Source: Escherichia phage 121Q
DNA: 64,000 nucleotides
Sequence record: NC_025447.1
Direction: 5' to 3' (one strand)
Shown here piece after piece: positions 9,545 through 18,649 of the stretch. The notes beneath the pieces are model-generated. The model was given only the letters and a program-made list of their open reading frames with translations. It was not told the origin of the DNA and did no database searches. The first letter of the stretch is position 1; each line of letters opens with the position of its first letter. The position numbers and the translations under genes were made by a program.

Positions 9545-9826
9545 ATGCGTTCATTTGAAAACTTAATAGGTAAGCATCTTTTATCTGAAATTGATGCAGA
9601 CGTTAAAGAATTATCCAAATCAAAAAGTTACATTCATTTGGATGAACTGTTTATTAAGTACGGTGAGATTGGTTTTAAGTCATTATTTGTTTTTACTATG
9701 AAAGTACATAGTTTAAAGTACTTCGATTTGAGTACTAAAGATGGTGAACCGAATCTATATTACATGTATTACCTTAAGAACAAAGATGAAGCTAATACAT
9801 TACTCTCTGAATATATATTGGGGTAA
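9545..9826 (+). CDS. hypothetical protein
   Basis: 93-aa ORF with SD AAGGA. Confidence 0.6.
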   Translation: MRSFENLIGKHLLSEIDADVKELSKSKSYIHLDELFIKYGEIGFKSLFVFTMKVHSLKYFDLSTKDGEPNLYYMYYLKNKDEANTLLSEYILG

Positions 9827-9828
9827 AA

Positions 9829-10167
9829 ATGGAACAATATTTTGAATTAATAAACAAAGTATCATTTTATGTAGTATCTTTGGTTTGGGTGTATTATATG
9901 TTTTGCTATATTATTGCATTCTTCCGATATACTACTTTATATGAACGTATCTACTATGATGCCCCAATTTCATTCTTGATGTTTTGTGCCTGTACGTGGG
10001 GAATATTAGAAGTACTGATATGTGGGTATAGTACTGATGAATTAAATCTGGTATCGGTGTTGACTGGGTTTTCATTTGTTGTTATGATAGCTGCCGTTCC
10101 AGTATGGTTGTTCTTTGGACTAGTTCATCGCATTGATATATGGCGTTCTAATATCCCTGAAAAGTAA
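9829..10167 (+). CDS. membrane protein, cluster-1 paralog
   Basis: hydrophobic; ends with basic tail and NIPEK, similar to next two genes. Confidence 0.6.
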   Translation: MEQYFELINKVSFYVVSLVWVYYMFCYIIAFFRYTTLYERIYYDAPISFLMFCACTWGILEVLICGYSTDELNLVSVLTGFSFVVMIAAVPVWLFFGLVHRIDIWRSNIPEK

Positions 10168-10170
10168 GGA

Positions 10171-10518
10171 TTGGTAATGATTTATTACACTAACATGTTT
10201 GCCTATGCTGTTGCTTGCATTTACATTGTTTACTTCTTATTCGGTGGAGTACTGTGCTTCTTTAAGTACAAAACGTTGTTCAACCGAATGTACCCAAATC
10301 ATCCAATTGTAGTTGTACTTTTGATTCTTTCAGTTTCTCAAATAATCGTTGAAACTACAATGGGTATCAGTAGTGTACATTATAGTTTTGGTACTATAGT
10401 AATTATTACTATGCTTATTGCATACATTTTAGTACTTGGATATGGTATCTTTGGTAATATTGGTATGAAAATGTATCATCGAATTAAAACATTACGTGAT
10501 AATCTACCGGAGCGTTGA
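10171..10518 (+). CDS. membrane protein, cluster-1 paralog
   Basis: SD AAGGA; paralogous to 9829 gene; ends NLPER. Confidence 0.6.
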   Translation: MVMIYYTNMFAYAVACIYIVYFLFGGVLCFFKYKTLFNRMYPNHPIVVVLLILSVSQIIVETTMGISSVHYSFGTIVIITMLIAYILVLGYGIFGNIGMKMYHRIKTLRDNLPER

Positions 10519-10519
10519 T

Positions 10520-10864
10520 ATGTATAATTTGAACCTAATCTCATATATTATAACAACACTGTTTACATTCTATGCCTTTGTTGGTATAATCCTACTGTAC
10601 TTTAAATTTTATAAAGTGTTTAACCGTTTCTATCCTTCAATGGAGAATGAGTTTTTCTTTGTGTTGTACGTAGGTTACACATTAATGGCTACATGTTTCA
10701 CTGTAGCCGATGGTGTCATCGGCATTAAAACTGATTCCCCAAATGGTAGTACGCTGGTTGCATTTATTCTTACTGGATTCCTTGCAACTTATATTGCCTT
10801 CATTACAACATGGTCAGTGGTTGAATTTCTCTTGCGACTACGAAAGAATATGCCGAATCGATAG
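10520..10864 (+). CDS. membrane protein, cluster-1 paralog
   Basis: ATG 10520 right after upstream stop (track start 10496 is internal to upstream gene); ends NMPNR. Confidence 0.6.
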   Translation: MYNLNLISYIITTLFTFYAFVGIILLYFKFYKVFNRFYPSMENEFFFVLYVGYTLMATCFTVADGVIGIKTDSPNGSTLVAFILTGFLATYIAFITTWSVVEFLLRLRKNMPNR

Positions 10865-10873
10865 GAGACATAT

Positions 10874-11128
10874 ATGTTTGCGTTGCGTAATAAAAACACT
10901 AAAGAATTATTATGTATTGATACCGTATGGGATTGTGCGGGTTCAACTACAGTTCTTGAAGAAGGAACTGGATATTGCGTGTTTGTTGTACATGATAGGA
11001 ATGAACTCGAATTATTACTTGCTGAGTTCAATGCTGGTGGTAATCCTAACAGTACTGAATACCCTGAGATTATCAATCCAGCACCTCCAGGTTCATATGA
11101 AATCCTACCACTATGGGTGTTGAAATAA
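10874..11128 (+). CDS. hypothetical protein
   Basis: 84-aa ORF with SD AGGAG. Confidence 0.55.
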   Translation: MFALRNKNTKELLCIDTVWDCAGSTTVLEEGTGYCVFVVHDRNELELLLAEFNAGGNPNSTEYPEIINPAPPGSYEILPLWVLK

Positions 11129-11508
11129 TGCGACAAATGTACAAAGTAACCGAGCTAAACAAGCGTCTGGTTAAACAATCTATGTTTGAGGATAAAGAGT
11201 CTTACTATAACTTTAAACGTGCTGTAGAGGCTGCTATCCACATTCAGAAGCTTAAAGAACGTGGTTGTATTATTCTGGAAAATGGTTCGGAAGTTGTAAC
11301 GGATGACTTTAGTGTAGCGTTTGATGTTTCACCTGATGGGACGCTATCAATGCCCCGCTTAGGAACTGGAAACATGACTGTTTGGGTTGGCTTCACTATG
11401 GGGAATGTACCTGGTACTGTGTACGTAGATGATGCGGAATTGAAAGACAGTTTCAAAAACTTATCTTATCTTGAACCACAATACGCACATGAAATGAATT
11501 TATTTTGA
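11128..11508 (+). CDS. hypothetical protein
   Basis: ATG overlapping upstream TAA (TAATG); track start 11113. Confidence 0.5.
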   Translation: MRQMYKVTELNKRLVKQSMFEDKESYYNFKRAVEAAIHIQKLKERGCIILENGSEVVTDDFSVAFDVSPDGTLSMPRLGTGNMTVWVGFTMGNVPGTVYVDDAELKDSFKNLSYLEPQYAHEMNLF

Positions 11509-11509
11509 G

Positions 11510-11537
11510 TTGACAAACACATTCAGTACTGTATAAT
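11510..11537 (+). promoter_or_regulatory. sigma70-like early promoter TTGACA-N16-TATAAT followed by stem-loop
   Basis: TTGACA at 11510, TATAAT at 11532, then GGGGATGA/TCATCCCC hairpin and SD GAGGA. Confidence 0.65.
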
Positions 11538-11584
11538 GCTTATCAAGGGGATGAACTTCTCATCCCTACAATCGAGGAACTACC

Positions 11585-12139
11585 ATGATTACTTTTAAGA
11601 AAACTGCTAACCACATCCATGAAATCTACATTAACGGTCATAAAGCTGGCCTTCTTCGTTTACTCGCCCATCACCCTGATGCTACCGTATCTGATAATGA
11701 ACCTAAAGATTGGCGTGTCTTTTTCTTTGGAAAGTACAGTGATTTTCAAGTATCAAACCTGAAGAACATTCGTTCAGTATGCACGTTAACTGAAATTAAA
11801 GAAAAGTTAGCACAAGCATTGAAAACTAATCCAGATGGTGTTCTTCCACCTGATAACTTTGTAGAGAAAGGTTATGCCTTAGCTCATTTCAAAGATGGTA
11901 CTATTCAATCTATCAGTACTGAATATGAATATCATTGGACTGAGTACTTCACTTATGGTTCGAGTAATACATTGATGGATTCACGTAGTAAATTGGAAGA
12001 AGTACTGACTCGTATGAATGAACGCGAGCGTCAGTTATATGACAAACCAGAAATGTGGAGTTCAACTTACATTGACCGTATTGACTATGTTATTATGACT
12101 CCAATCTTTGACACTGCTTACTATGATTCTTTGAAATAA
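11585..12139 (+). CDS. hypothetical protein
   Basis: 184-aa ORF downstream of promoter/stem-loop cassette. Confidence 0.65.
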   Translation: MITFKKTANHIHEIYINGHKAGLLRLLAHHPDATVSDNEPKDWRVFFFGKYSDFQVSNLKNIRSVCTLTEIKEKLAQALKTNPDGVLPPDNFVEKGYALAHFKDGTIQSISTEYEYHWTEYFTYGSSNTLMDSRSKLEEVLTRMNERERQLYDKPEMWSSTYIDRIDYVIMTPIFDTAYYDSLK

Positions 12140-12150
12140 GGATAACTTAT

Positions 12151-12327
12151 ATGAAACTACGTACTCGTAATCGACTGATGGATGCACTGTACCATGAACA
12201 GCTTTCACTGAATGAAGTGAAGCGTCAGTTAATGTACACATATCAGTTTCCCGCTCGCATTGCAAAACAACGTGCTAAAGAATTGCTGAAAGAAGCAATC
12301 GAGTACTGGGAATCTGATTCGTACTAA
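12151..12327 (+). CDS. hypothetical small protein (58 aa)
   Basis: not in ORF track; SD AAGGA 7 nt upstream of ATG; fills otherwise empty gap. Confidence 0.5.
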   Translation: MKLRTRNRLMDALYHEQLSLNEVKRQLMYTYQFPARIAKQRAKELLKEAIEYWESDSY

Positions 12328-12366
12328 TATTACGTGATATGTCACGTTAATTAAGTGAGGCGATAA

Positions 12367-12618
12367 ATGAAAATATTATTAGTTCTAATACTACTAATAG
12401 TTTTACCATTTACTTTAGTATCCCCTGGACTTGCATGGAATGTATTTGTGTACTTAGTATGTACTATTGTAGTAAATGGTATCTTGTTCTTAGTTCTATT
12501 CATAAATGGAATAGGACACGGTGGAGGATGGACCAGTACTGCTGATATTGTACATAAAACCACTATGTCTTTATTTGTAATGTGGAATTTGTTCTGGACT
12601 TGGTTTGTGTTCTTCTAA
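12367..12618 (+). CDS. membrane protein
   Basis: SD GTGAGG; hydrophobic TM-like segments. Confidence 0.6.
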   Translation: MKILLVLILLIVLPFTLVSPGLAWNVFVYLVCTIVVNGILFLVLFINGIGHGGGWTSTADIVHKTTMSLFVMWNLFWTWFVFF

Positions 12619-12626
12619 TTAAAAAT

Positions 12627-12998
12627 ATGAATATAGATTTGAAAGGTGCAACACGAACTGTTATCCTCATTGGGGAATATGCTATCAAGATTCCAACCTT
12701 TAAAAGTTGGAAGCTATTCTTAACAGGGATGATAGCTAACCTCAATGAACGTTCGTGGATGCAGTACTCCAATCGTAGTGATAGTAGTATCTGTCCTACG
12801 TTGTGGTCATCATGTACTGGACTAGTAACTGTACAGAAACGTTGTAAGCCAGTGCAACATAGGGGTTTATTTTGGGTGGAGTTGTGTGCATTAGCATCTA
12901 AATCAGAGTTGAGTACTGACTTCTTCTATTCAGATGCGAAGCCAGAAAACTTTGGGTATCTGGGTGGTAAGTTAGTTAAACTTGATTATGGAGATTAA
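12627..12998 (+). CDS. protein kinase-like protein (short)
   Basis: contains YAIK lysine motif, SDAKPEN catalytic-loop-like motif and KLDYG; start uncertain (GTG 12582 or ATG 12627). Confidence 0.5.
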   Translation: MNIDLKGATRTVILIGEYAIKIPTFKSWKLFLTGMIANLNERSWMQYSNRSDSSICPTLWSSCTGLVTVQKRCKPVQHRGLFWVELCALASKSELSTDFFYSDAKPENFGYLGGKLVKLDYGD

Positions 12999-12999
12999 T

Positions 13000-13269
13000 A
13001 TGTACGCACTGTATAATAAAGAAAAGAAACGATTTGCTAAGGTTGAAATTTCGATTGATACATTTGATATGTTGGAGTACTGTATTGTAACTGACCTATA
13101 TGCTAACTTGTATTACGTTCTTGATGACGTATCAGTACTGCAACGATTGCTTGAGAATTCCAAAAGTCAATGCCAGGGCATCCATGATGGTTCATCTTAT
13201 GAAACACCTGAGTGTTCCTACGGCTATCTGGACGGGTATGAGATTGTGAAGTTGGGGATCATTGAATAA
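13000..13269 (+). CDS. hypothetical protein, shares C-terminal motif with kinase-like family
   Basis: SD GGAG; C-terminal YGYLDGYEIVKLG resembles C-termini of 12627 and 55314 proteins. Confidence 0.5.
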   Translation: MYALYNKEKKRFAKVEISIDTFDMLEYCIVTDLYANLYYVLDDVSVLQRLLENSKSQCQGIHDGSSYETPECSYGYLDGYEIVKLGIIE

Positions 13270-13275
13270 AGAAAA

Positions 13276-13301
13276 GGGTTGACTTCGGTCAGCCCTTTTT
13301 G
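13276..13301 (+). terminator. intrinsic terminator, UUCG-loop hairpin
   Basis: GGGTTGACTTCGGTCAGCCC then TTTTT. Confidence 0.8.
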
Positions 13302-13308
13302 CTATAAT
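13279..13308 (+). promoter_or_regulatory. promoter embedded in terminator (TTGACT-N18-TATAAT)
   Basis: TTGACT is part of the terminator stem; TATAAT at 13303; SD GAGAGGA before denV. Confidence 0.5.
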
Positions 13309-13336
13309 TATTTCATCAAGACGAGAGGATGAATAC

Positions 13337-13852
13337 ATGACACGCATTAACTTAGTACACGTTAAAGAACTTGCTGACCAACATCTGATGGCTGAATATC
13401 GTGAACTCCCACGTGTATTTGGTGCTGTACAAAAACACGTTCAAGCACGTAAGCGTGTACGTGATTTCAAAATTAATAGTACTTATCTGTTAGGTTCAGG
13501 TCATGTGACATTCTTTTACGACAAGTTATTGTACTTACAGAAGCGTCATATTGATATTGTCAACGAATGTCTGCGTCGTGGTATGAAGATTCAAAACACT
13601 GAAGTAAACGACATTAGCGGCTTCCCTGCTGAGTTTTGTAATGACTACGTACCAACGGAGTCAGAGATTAAAATGTCTCGTGATCGTTTGATTGAGAAGC
13701 TCCAGATGAAGCCTACGTGGTATAAGTTTACTGATGTTGAATGTCCACAGTACGTTAAAGATATGCAGAACGTAAGTAGTAAGAACGAATCTAGTACTGA
13801 TATGTTCGACGAAATTGAAGAACAAATCAAAGATGAAATGAATAATTATTAA
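13337..13852 (+). CDS. denV: endonuclease V, pyrimidine-dimer DNA glycosylase/AP lyase
   Basis: N-terminal [30 protein letters not shown] and later [15 protein letters not shown] blocks match T4 endonuclease V; about 30-aa acidic C-terminal extension. Confidence 0.9.
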   Translation: MTRINLVHVKELADQHLMAEYRELPRVFGAVQKHVQARKRVRDFKINSTYLLGSGHVTFFYDKLLYLQKRHIDIVNECLRRGMKIQNTEVNDISGFPAEFCNDYVPTESEIKMSRDRLIEKLQMKPTWYKFTDVECPQYVKDMQNVSSKNESSTDMFDEIEEQIKDEMNNY

Positions 13853-13890
13853 AGGAAAGGGTTGACTTCGGTTACACAAAGGAACATAAC

Positions 13891-14085
13891 ATGTTATTAG
13901 TATATTCAACGCGTTTCTGGATTTCTTTTATTGTACTATCGCTAATCGGCTTCGGTTTGAGTATACTCTTTTCGTGGGATGAATTGGGTACATGGTATTA
14001 TGAAGTCCCGTGGTACATGAAGATAGCTCCTTGTTATGCGGCATTGTTCGTGTCATTCCTTATTGTTGTCTTCAGCGAGGATTAG
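13891..14085 (+). CDS. small membrane protein
   Basis: SD AAAGGAA; two hydrophobic segments. Confidence 0.5.
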   Translation: MLLVYSTRFWISFIVLSLIGFGLSILFSWDELGTWYYEVPWYMKIAPCYAALFVSFLIVVFSED

Positions 14086-14136
14086 TTGATGTAGTATGTG
14101 CTACACCAAAGTATTTGGATATTTTAGATATAAACA

Positions 14137-14165
14137 TTGACACCTGTTATATCTTTCTGTATTAT
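14137..14165 (+). promoter_or_regulatory. sigma70-like promoter TTGACA-N17-TATTAT
   Basis: TTGACA at 14137, TATTAT at 14160, SD TGAGGA before ATG 14192. Confidence 0.5.
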
Positions 14166-14191
14166 GTACATCACCAAATGAGGAATACAAC

Positions 14192-14551
14192 ATGGCATCT
14201 TTAAGTGAAATCGCAGAATACAACCCACTAACAATCTCAACAATTCAACGTACAAAAACTTTTTATTTCCGTCCTGCTGATGGATGGAAACGTGGAATGA
14301 ATGGTGACTATCGAGTACTGGAAGATTCACTAATCGAGCGTATCAACTCTGAACTACAGAAGTATGAAGGTGTTAAAGTTGTGCGTTCAACTTCTCGTTA
14401 TTTTGAGTACTACATTGAGTCTTCAACTGTAAATGAAAACTCATCATTCTCGGTGGACAACACTGATATTCTTCGTAATGCAGTTGGTCTGTTATGCAAC
14501 ATTGCAGAAGAAATGGGCTTAACTATTACTACTATGAGTGAATTAGAATAA
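14192..14551 (+). CDS. hypothetical protein
   Basis: 119-aa ORF with SD and upstream promoter. Confidence 0.6.
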   Translation: MASLSEIAEYNPLTISTIQRTKTFYFRPADGWKRGMNGDYRVLEDSLIERINSELQKYEGVKVVRSTSRYFEYYIESSTVNENSSFSVDNTDILRNAVGLLCNIAEEMGLTITTMSELE

Positions 14552-14557
14552 CATAAA

Positions 14558-14583
14558 GGGTTGACTTCGGTCAGCCCTTTTTG
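14558..14583 (+). terminator. intrinsic terminator, UUCG-loop hairpin (doubles as -35 of next promoter)
   Basis: GGGTTGACTTCGGTCAGCCC-TTTTT followed by GCTATAAT. Confidence 0.8.
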
Positions 14584-14616
14584 CTATAATTATTTCATCA
14601 ACACAAGAGGTAACAA

Positions 14617-14856
14617 ATGAAACTATCTTTTATACGATTAGCTGAATTCTTCGGTACTGATATCATTACTTTACAACAAATTGCAGACAATACTTCATTA
14701 AGTATACAAGAAGTACTTGACTTAGATGTAATTCAGTGCGATAATACTTCAATCGATTTCAAAGAAGGTCTTGTCGAAAAAGATAAGATTCAGGCTAAGA
14801 TTAATGGTGCTGGACGGGTTCAGTACTGGAAAGGTATATTATCAAATTCAATTTGA
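14617..14856 (+). CDS. hypothetical protein
   Basis: 79-aa ORF, SD AGAGGT. Confidence 0.55.
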   Translation: MKLSFIRLAEFFGTDIITLQQIADNTSLSIQEVLDLDVIQCDNTSIDFKEGLVEKDKIQAKINGAGRVQYWKGILSNSI

Positions 14857-14899
14857 AATTTTTTGTTATTCATCATATGATAATGAATGGGAACCATAA

Positions 14900-16363
14900 A
14901 TGTATAAAGTATATCGTTCAATTGAAGTTGAAAATGCATTAAGCTTGGCAAAAAGTGAAGAAGCATTTAGAATTTCGTTATTCATTCTTCGTGAAAAGCA
15001 TCCACAATTGCCAATTCCTGATTCATTTGATCAATTGGAGCAGGATACTAATACAGAATGTGATGAAAGTCTGTTGGGATTAATTCGAAATCCAAAGACC
15101 AAAGCTAAGTTCTATCTTAAAATTTGTAAAATTTGTGCAAATGATGTTCAATTGCATGGTTTGGGTGTGTATATTATTGCACAATCGTCATATTTGAATT
15201 CAATAATTCCATGTGGTTGTAGTGAGATACCAAAATGGACTCGTTATCAATATATTATTCGAATAGAAAGAAAAATTTCAAAAACTGGAAAGAAATTATT
15301 ATCAATACCAACTGGTATAATTAAAAGTAATACATATAAACCAACTCTTGTATGTGAACATCACCCAGATGAACTCATGAACAGTGCAACTATAAATGGT
15401 ATTTTATTTGGTTCGAATGGTACAAATGATGGATGTGTTAAATGTGGGAATGAAAGAAAGAAACAGTATCATCGTGAAAGTAATAACGGATTGGAAAATC
15501 ACATTAACGAAATAATGAATACTGGTAAGTTTCATCCAAAGACCACGTTCAAGCGTAGTGATACAGTTAATGATTATGGGAGATTTAGTAAACTTGTATA
15601 CTCATGTCCAATTTGTGCAAACGATGAATATACAAAAAATGGTTTATGTACTGGTGAATTTGAGCAAGAAATGCACACACTCAAACAGGGGCATTTAAGT
15701 TGTCGCTGTACTGGCGGGTTTCGTTGGACAAAAGAACAGCGTGAATATCAAATTAAAAAAGAATTATGTAATCGCTCAACTGATGAAGTGATGTTTACAT
15801 TTATTGGCTGGGACGGTGAATACACTAATTCCCGTAGTGTGTTTTTATATTCACGTAGTGATAGTTCAATTCAACAAAAAATTAATATTGCAGATTTTTT
15901 CAGTTTTGAATATGGTTTTTCAATGTATAATGAGTACGGGTTTAAGAAAAACAAACCTACACGTTCATATATGAACGTTGATCAAACAAACGAATCGGAT
16001 AAATTCGGAATAACCCAACAGGGTAACAGTATCAAACCCCGACTTAAAAAAATTAACAAATCTTTTTTAGAAGAGTATGGTGTTGATAATTTTTGGACTA
16101 ATGTATTAGTTATTTTTTTTCACACCGAAGAAGGGGGATTTTTGGCATCGGAGTTGGAAACACAAGTCCATACTGTTGCATTGTGTGGAAAACCACATAA
16201 AAATATTGGCTATTATAAAAGAGGTGATGGTTATACTGAAACATACAACAACATACATCGTCAAAATGTAATTGAAGTAATAAAACAATTCTTAGCCAAA
16301 CATGAAGGTGAGTACATTATTGAACGTGATATTAATGGTATTTTTGGTGAAGTAATTTTATAA
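14900..16363 (+). CDS. Cys-rich hypothetical protein (487 aa) with duplicated C-x2-C-A-N-D module
   Basis: long ORF; two copies of CxICAND...C(x)C zinc-binding-like module; no GIY-YIG or HNH motif seen. Confidence 0.7.
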   Translation: MYKVYRSIEVENALSLAKSEEAFRISLFILREKHPQLPIPDSFDQLEQDTNTECDESLLGLIRNPKTKAKFYLKICKICANDVQLHGLGVYIIAQSSYLNSIIPCGCSEIPKWTRYQYIIRIERKISKTGKKLLSIPTGIIKSNTYKPTLVCEHHPDELMNSATINGILFGSNGTNDGCVKCGNERKKQYHRESNNGLENHINEIMNTGKFHPKTTFKRSDTVNDYGRFSKLVYSCPICANDEYTKNGLCTGEFEQEMHTLKQGHLSCRCTGGFRWTKEQREYQIKKELCNRSTDEVMFTFIGWDGEYTNSRSVFLYSRSDSSIQQKINIADFFSFEYGFSMYNEYGFKKNKPTRSYMNVDQTNESDKFGITQQGNSIKPRLKKINKSFLEEYGVDNFWTNVLVIFFHTEEGGFLASELETQVHTVALCGKPHKNIGYYKRGDGYTETYNNIHRQNVIEVIKQFLAKHEGEYIIERDINGIFGEVIL

Positions 16364-16383
16364 AATAAAAGAGGTTAATTAAA

Positions 16384-16710
16384 ATGAAAAAGTTAATGTT
16401 AGTTATGTTAATGTGTTTATCAACAACAGTGAATGCAAAAAATGAATCATCAACTACTTGTAAATCTTCAAAAACTGATACGATTTATCAACTGTATTTG
16501 GATGTTTCAACAAAAACTGCTAAAATTGATGGAAAGAAATTTATGTTCGAAAGTCAAGAAGTTTTTAAAGACGGGAGTGGTTCATATACTATTTTTTCAA
16601 ATGATAAATTAAATCAAAAATTAAAAGTTTTTGTTATAAAACCAAATAAGATAAAATATATAATTACCTATAATGGTAAAAATATTGATATGGGTAATTG
16701 TGTGTATTAA
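16384..16710 (+). CDS. secreted small protein, Cys-pair family
   Basis: signal peptide, Cys after signal, Cys 3 aa from end. Confidence 0.65.
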   Translation: MKKLMLVMLMCLSTTVNAKNESSTTCKSSKTDTIYQLYLDVSTKTAKIDGKKFMFESQEVFKDGSGSYTIFSNDKLNQKLKVFVIKPNKIKYIITYNGKNIDMGNCVY

Positions 16711-16725
16711 ATATGTTTATAAAAA

Positions 16726-16751
16726 GGGTTGACTTCGGTCAGCCCTTTTTG
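16726..16751 (+). terminator. intrinsic terminator, UUCG-loop hairpin
   Basis: GGGTTGACTTCGGTCAGCCC-TTTTT, followed by GCTATAAT. Confidence 0.8.
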
Positions 16752-16786
16752 CTATAATTATTTCATCAACTGATGAGGATAACGAA

Positions 16787-17557
16787 ATGACCAGAGAAGC
16801 ACGCAGCATTCAAATTCAGAAAAACTTCAACTCCATGATGGTTGCTCTTGAGTGTTTGCTCGATGATAGCAGTACTGTAAAAAGTATGGTTGTCAGTGGT
16901 GCTCCTGGTGTTGGCAAGACTTACACCCTGTCTAAACGCCTCCAGAAAGCTCATGACGCAGCAGAATGGAACGTAGCTACCATCAGTGGTAAAATGACTA
17001 CTCTGGCTCTGTACGAAGTTCTGTACAAGAATCGTCATAGCACCAACGTATTAGTACTGGACGATATGGACAGTATTTTTGATTCTGAAGACGGTATGAA
17101 CCTGCTCAAAGCAGTACTGGATAGTGGTAAGCGTACCGTGTCTTATATGACTAGCTCTAAGTACTTGAGCACTAACGGAATTCCTAATAGCTTTGATTTT
17201 AATGGTCGCATCGTATTCATTACTAACAAAGATTTAGCGTTAGATGCTAAAGCTAAAACTAAAATGTCTGCTCATTATGCTGCTCTTATGTCTCGTTCTG
17301 TGTACGTGGATTTACAGATTCAGACTAAAAGTGATATCATGATTCATATTGAGAACGTGATGAATCAGACTAACATTTTAGAATCTAAGGGTATTAACCG
17401 TAATGGTAGTAAAGCAATTCTGAACTGGATGTTGAAGCACGAAGATTCTCTTCGTTCACCTTCACTGCGTATGCCACTGTTGATTTCGGCAGTATATAAC
17501 AACAACCCATACGATTGGGAAGAACAGTGCGAAAACTTGTTCCTTGAGAAAATTTAA
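16787..17557 (+). CDS. P-loop NTPase (AAA-like ATPase)
   Basis: Walker A GAPGVGKT and Walker B-like VLVLDD in a 256-aa ORF. Confidence 0.8.
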   Translation: MTREARSIQIQKNFNSMMVALECLLDDSSTVKSMVVSGAPGVGKTYTLSKRLQKAHDAAEWNVATISGKMTTLALYEVLYKNRHSTNVLVLDDMDSIFDSEDGMNLLKAVLDSGKRTVSYMTSSKYLSTNGIPNSFDFNGRIVFITNKDLALDAKAKTKMSAHYAALMSRSVYVDLQIQTKSDIMIHIENVMNQTNILESKGINRNGSKAILNWMLKHEDSLRSPSLRMPLLISAVYNNNPYDWEEQCENLFLEKI

Positions 17558-17622
17558 TTCAATATTGACAGTACTAACAACGTGTAGTACTATAACAAAA
17601 GTTTAATCACTGGAGACACTCA

Positions 17623-17964
17623 ATGCGTGAGTTTTTTGAATCTAATATAATGCTTGGTATCACACTGATATACATGTTTGTATTCTTGTTTTATCATTCA
17701 ATTGTAATTAGTCTTTGGTATTTTAAAAGGAAAGTTGTTTTTAAATTGTATTCATATAATAATGTATTCTTGGTTGTATATAGCATTATACAAGGTGGAT
17801 TTATTTTATTTGGTGTGATGACATATGTGATTTACATGTTACAAATTGATAACACACCACACATTACACAATATGTTGTGTTTTCAGGACTAATCGTCTG
17901 GTTATTGGTGTGTACTATGTACTTTATTATTAAAGCTCGTGATAACTTTAAATGGGGATTCTAA
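17623..17964 (+). CDS. membrane protein, cluster-2 paralog
   Basis: hydrophobic; TLIYMFVFLFYH..WYFKRK motif shared with next gene. Confidence 0.6.
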   Translation: MREFFESNIMLGITLIYMFVFLFYHSIVISLWYFKRKVVFKLYSYNNVFLVVYSIIQGGFILFGVMTYVIYMLQIDNTPHITQYVVFSGLIVWLLVCTMYFIIKARDNFKWGF

Positions 17965-18302
17965 TGTTAGAATTTTTTAAATCAGATACAATGATTAGTA
18001 TTACTTTGATTTATCTTTTTGGTTTTTTCTTTTATCATGCACTAGTTGTAGTACTATGGTATTTTAAAAAGAAAATTGTTTTTAAACTGTATCCAGTGAG
18101 GAATTCATCACTAGTTCTTTACACACTTGTTCAAGGTTTGTTTGCAATTGTTGGTCTTATGGCACACTTAATTTATTGTGCTAATCCTCACTTGAACTCA
18201 ATCTCACAATATATTGTATTCTTTGGATTGTTCATTTGGTTAGTTGCATACTTAATCCATCTCATTATTCATGGTAGAGATAAAATTCGCGGAGACTTCT
18301 AA
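17952..18302 (+). CDS. membrane protein, cluster-2 paralog
   Basis: close paralog of 17623 gene. Confidence 0.6.
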   Translation: MGILMLEFFKSDTMISITLIYLFGFFFYHALVVVLWYFKKKIVFKLYPVRNSSLVLYTLVQGLFAIVGLMAHLIYCANPHLNSISQYIVFFGLFIWLVAYLIHLIIHGRDKIRGDF

Positions 18303-18649
18303 TGTTTGAAGCTTATCTTGAGTTTTTAAGGAGTAGTCCAGTTGCACATTCACTTGCAGGGATTATTCTAACAACTTATGTATCATTTTGGGTAGTTATG
18401 TTTCTAGGATGGTATTTTAAACGACAATTCTATAAACGTAATGGTGAAGATTTTATGAATTCTGTCATTAATCAATCGTTGTTTGCATCAACATTGATTG
18501 CATGTATTGTAGCAACACTCACAGGAAAGGTACTACCAGCTTTTTCCGCAGTTTACGGCACACTTGGGATGATATGTTTAACTTTTATATTGACCATTAA
18601 AATTTGTTGTGTTATGATTGAACTTCGAAATAAGATACCGGAGGAATGA
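18302..18649 (+). CDS. membrane protein, cluster-2 paralog
   Basis: hydrophobic; WYFKRQ motif; ends NKIPEE like cluster-1 tails. Confidence 0.6.
   Translation: MFEAYLEFLRSSPVAHSLAGIILTTYVSFWVVMFLGWYFKRQFYKRNGEDFMNSVINQSLFASTLIACIVATLTGKVLPAFSAVYGTLGMICLTFILTIKICCVMIELRNKIPEE

Noticed and set aside
13858-13880. Terminator at GGGTTGACTTCGGTTACAC
   Set aside because: Degenerate copy of the terminator hairpin with a disrupted 3-prime arm and no T-run
14900-16363. Homing endonuclease call for the Cys-rich 487-aa protein
   Set aside because: No GIY-YIG, HNH or LAGLIDADG motif recognisable
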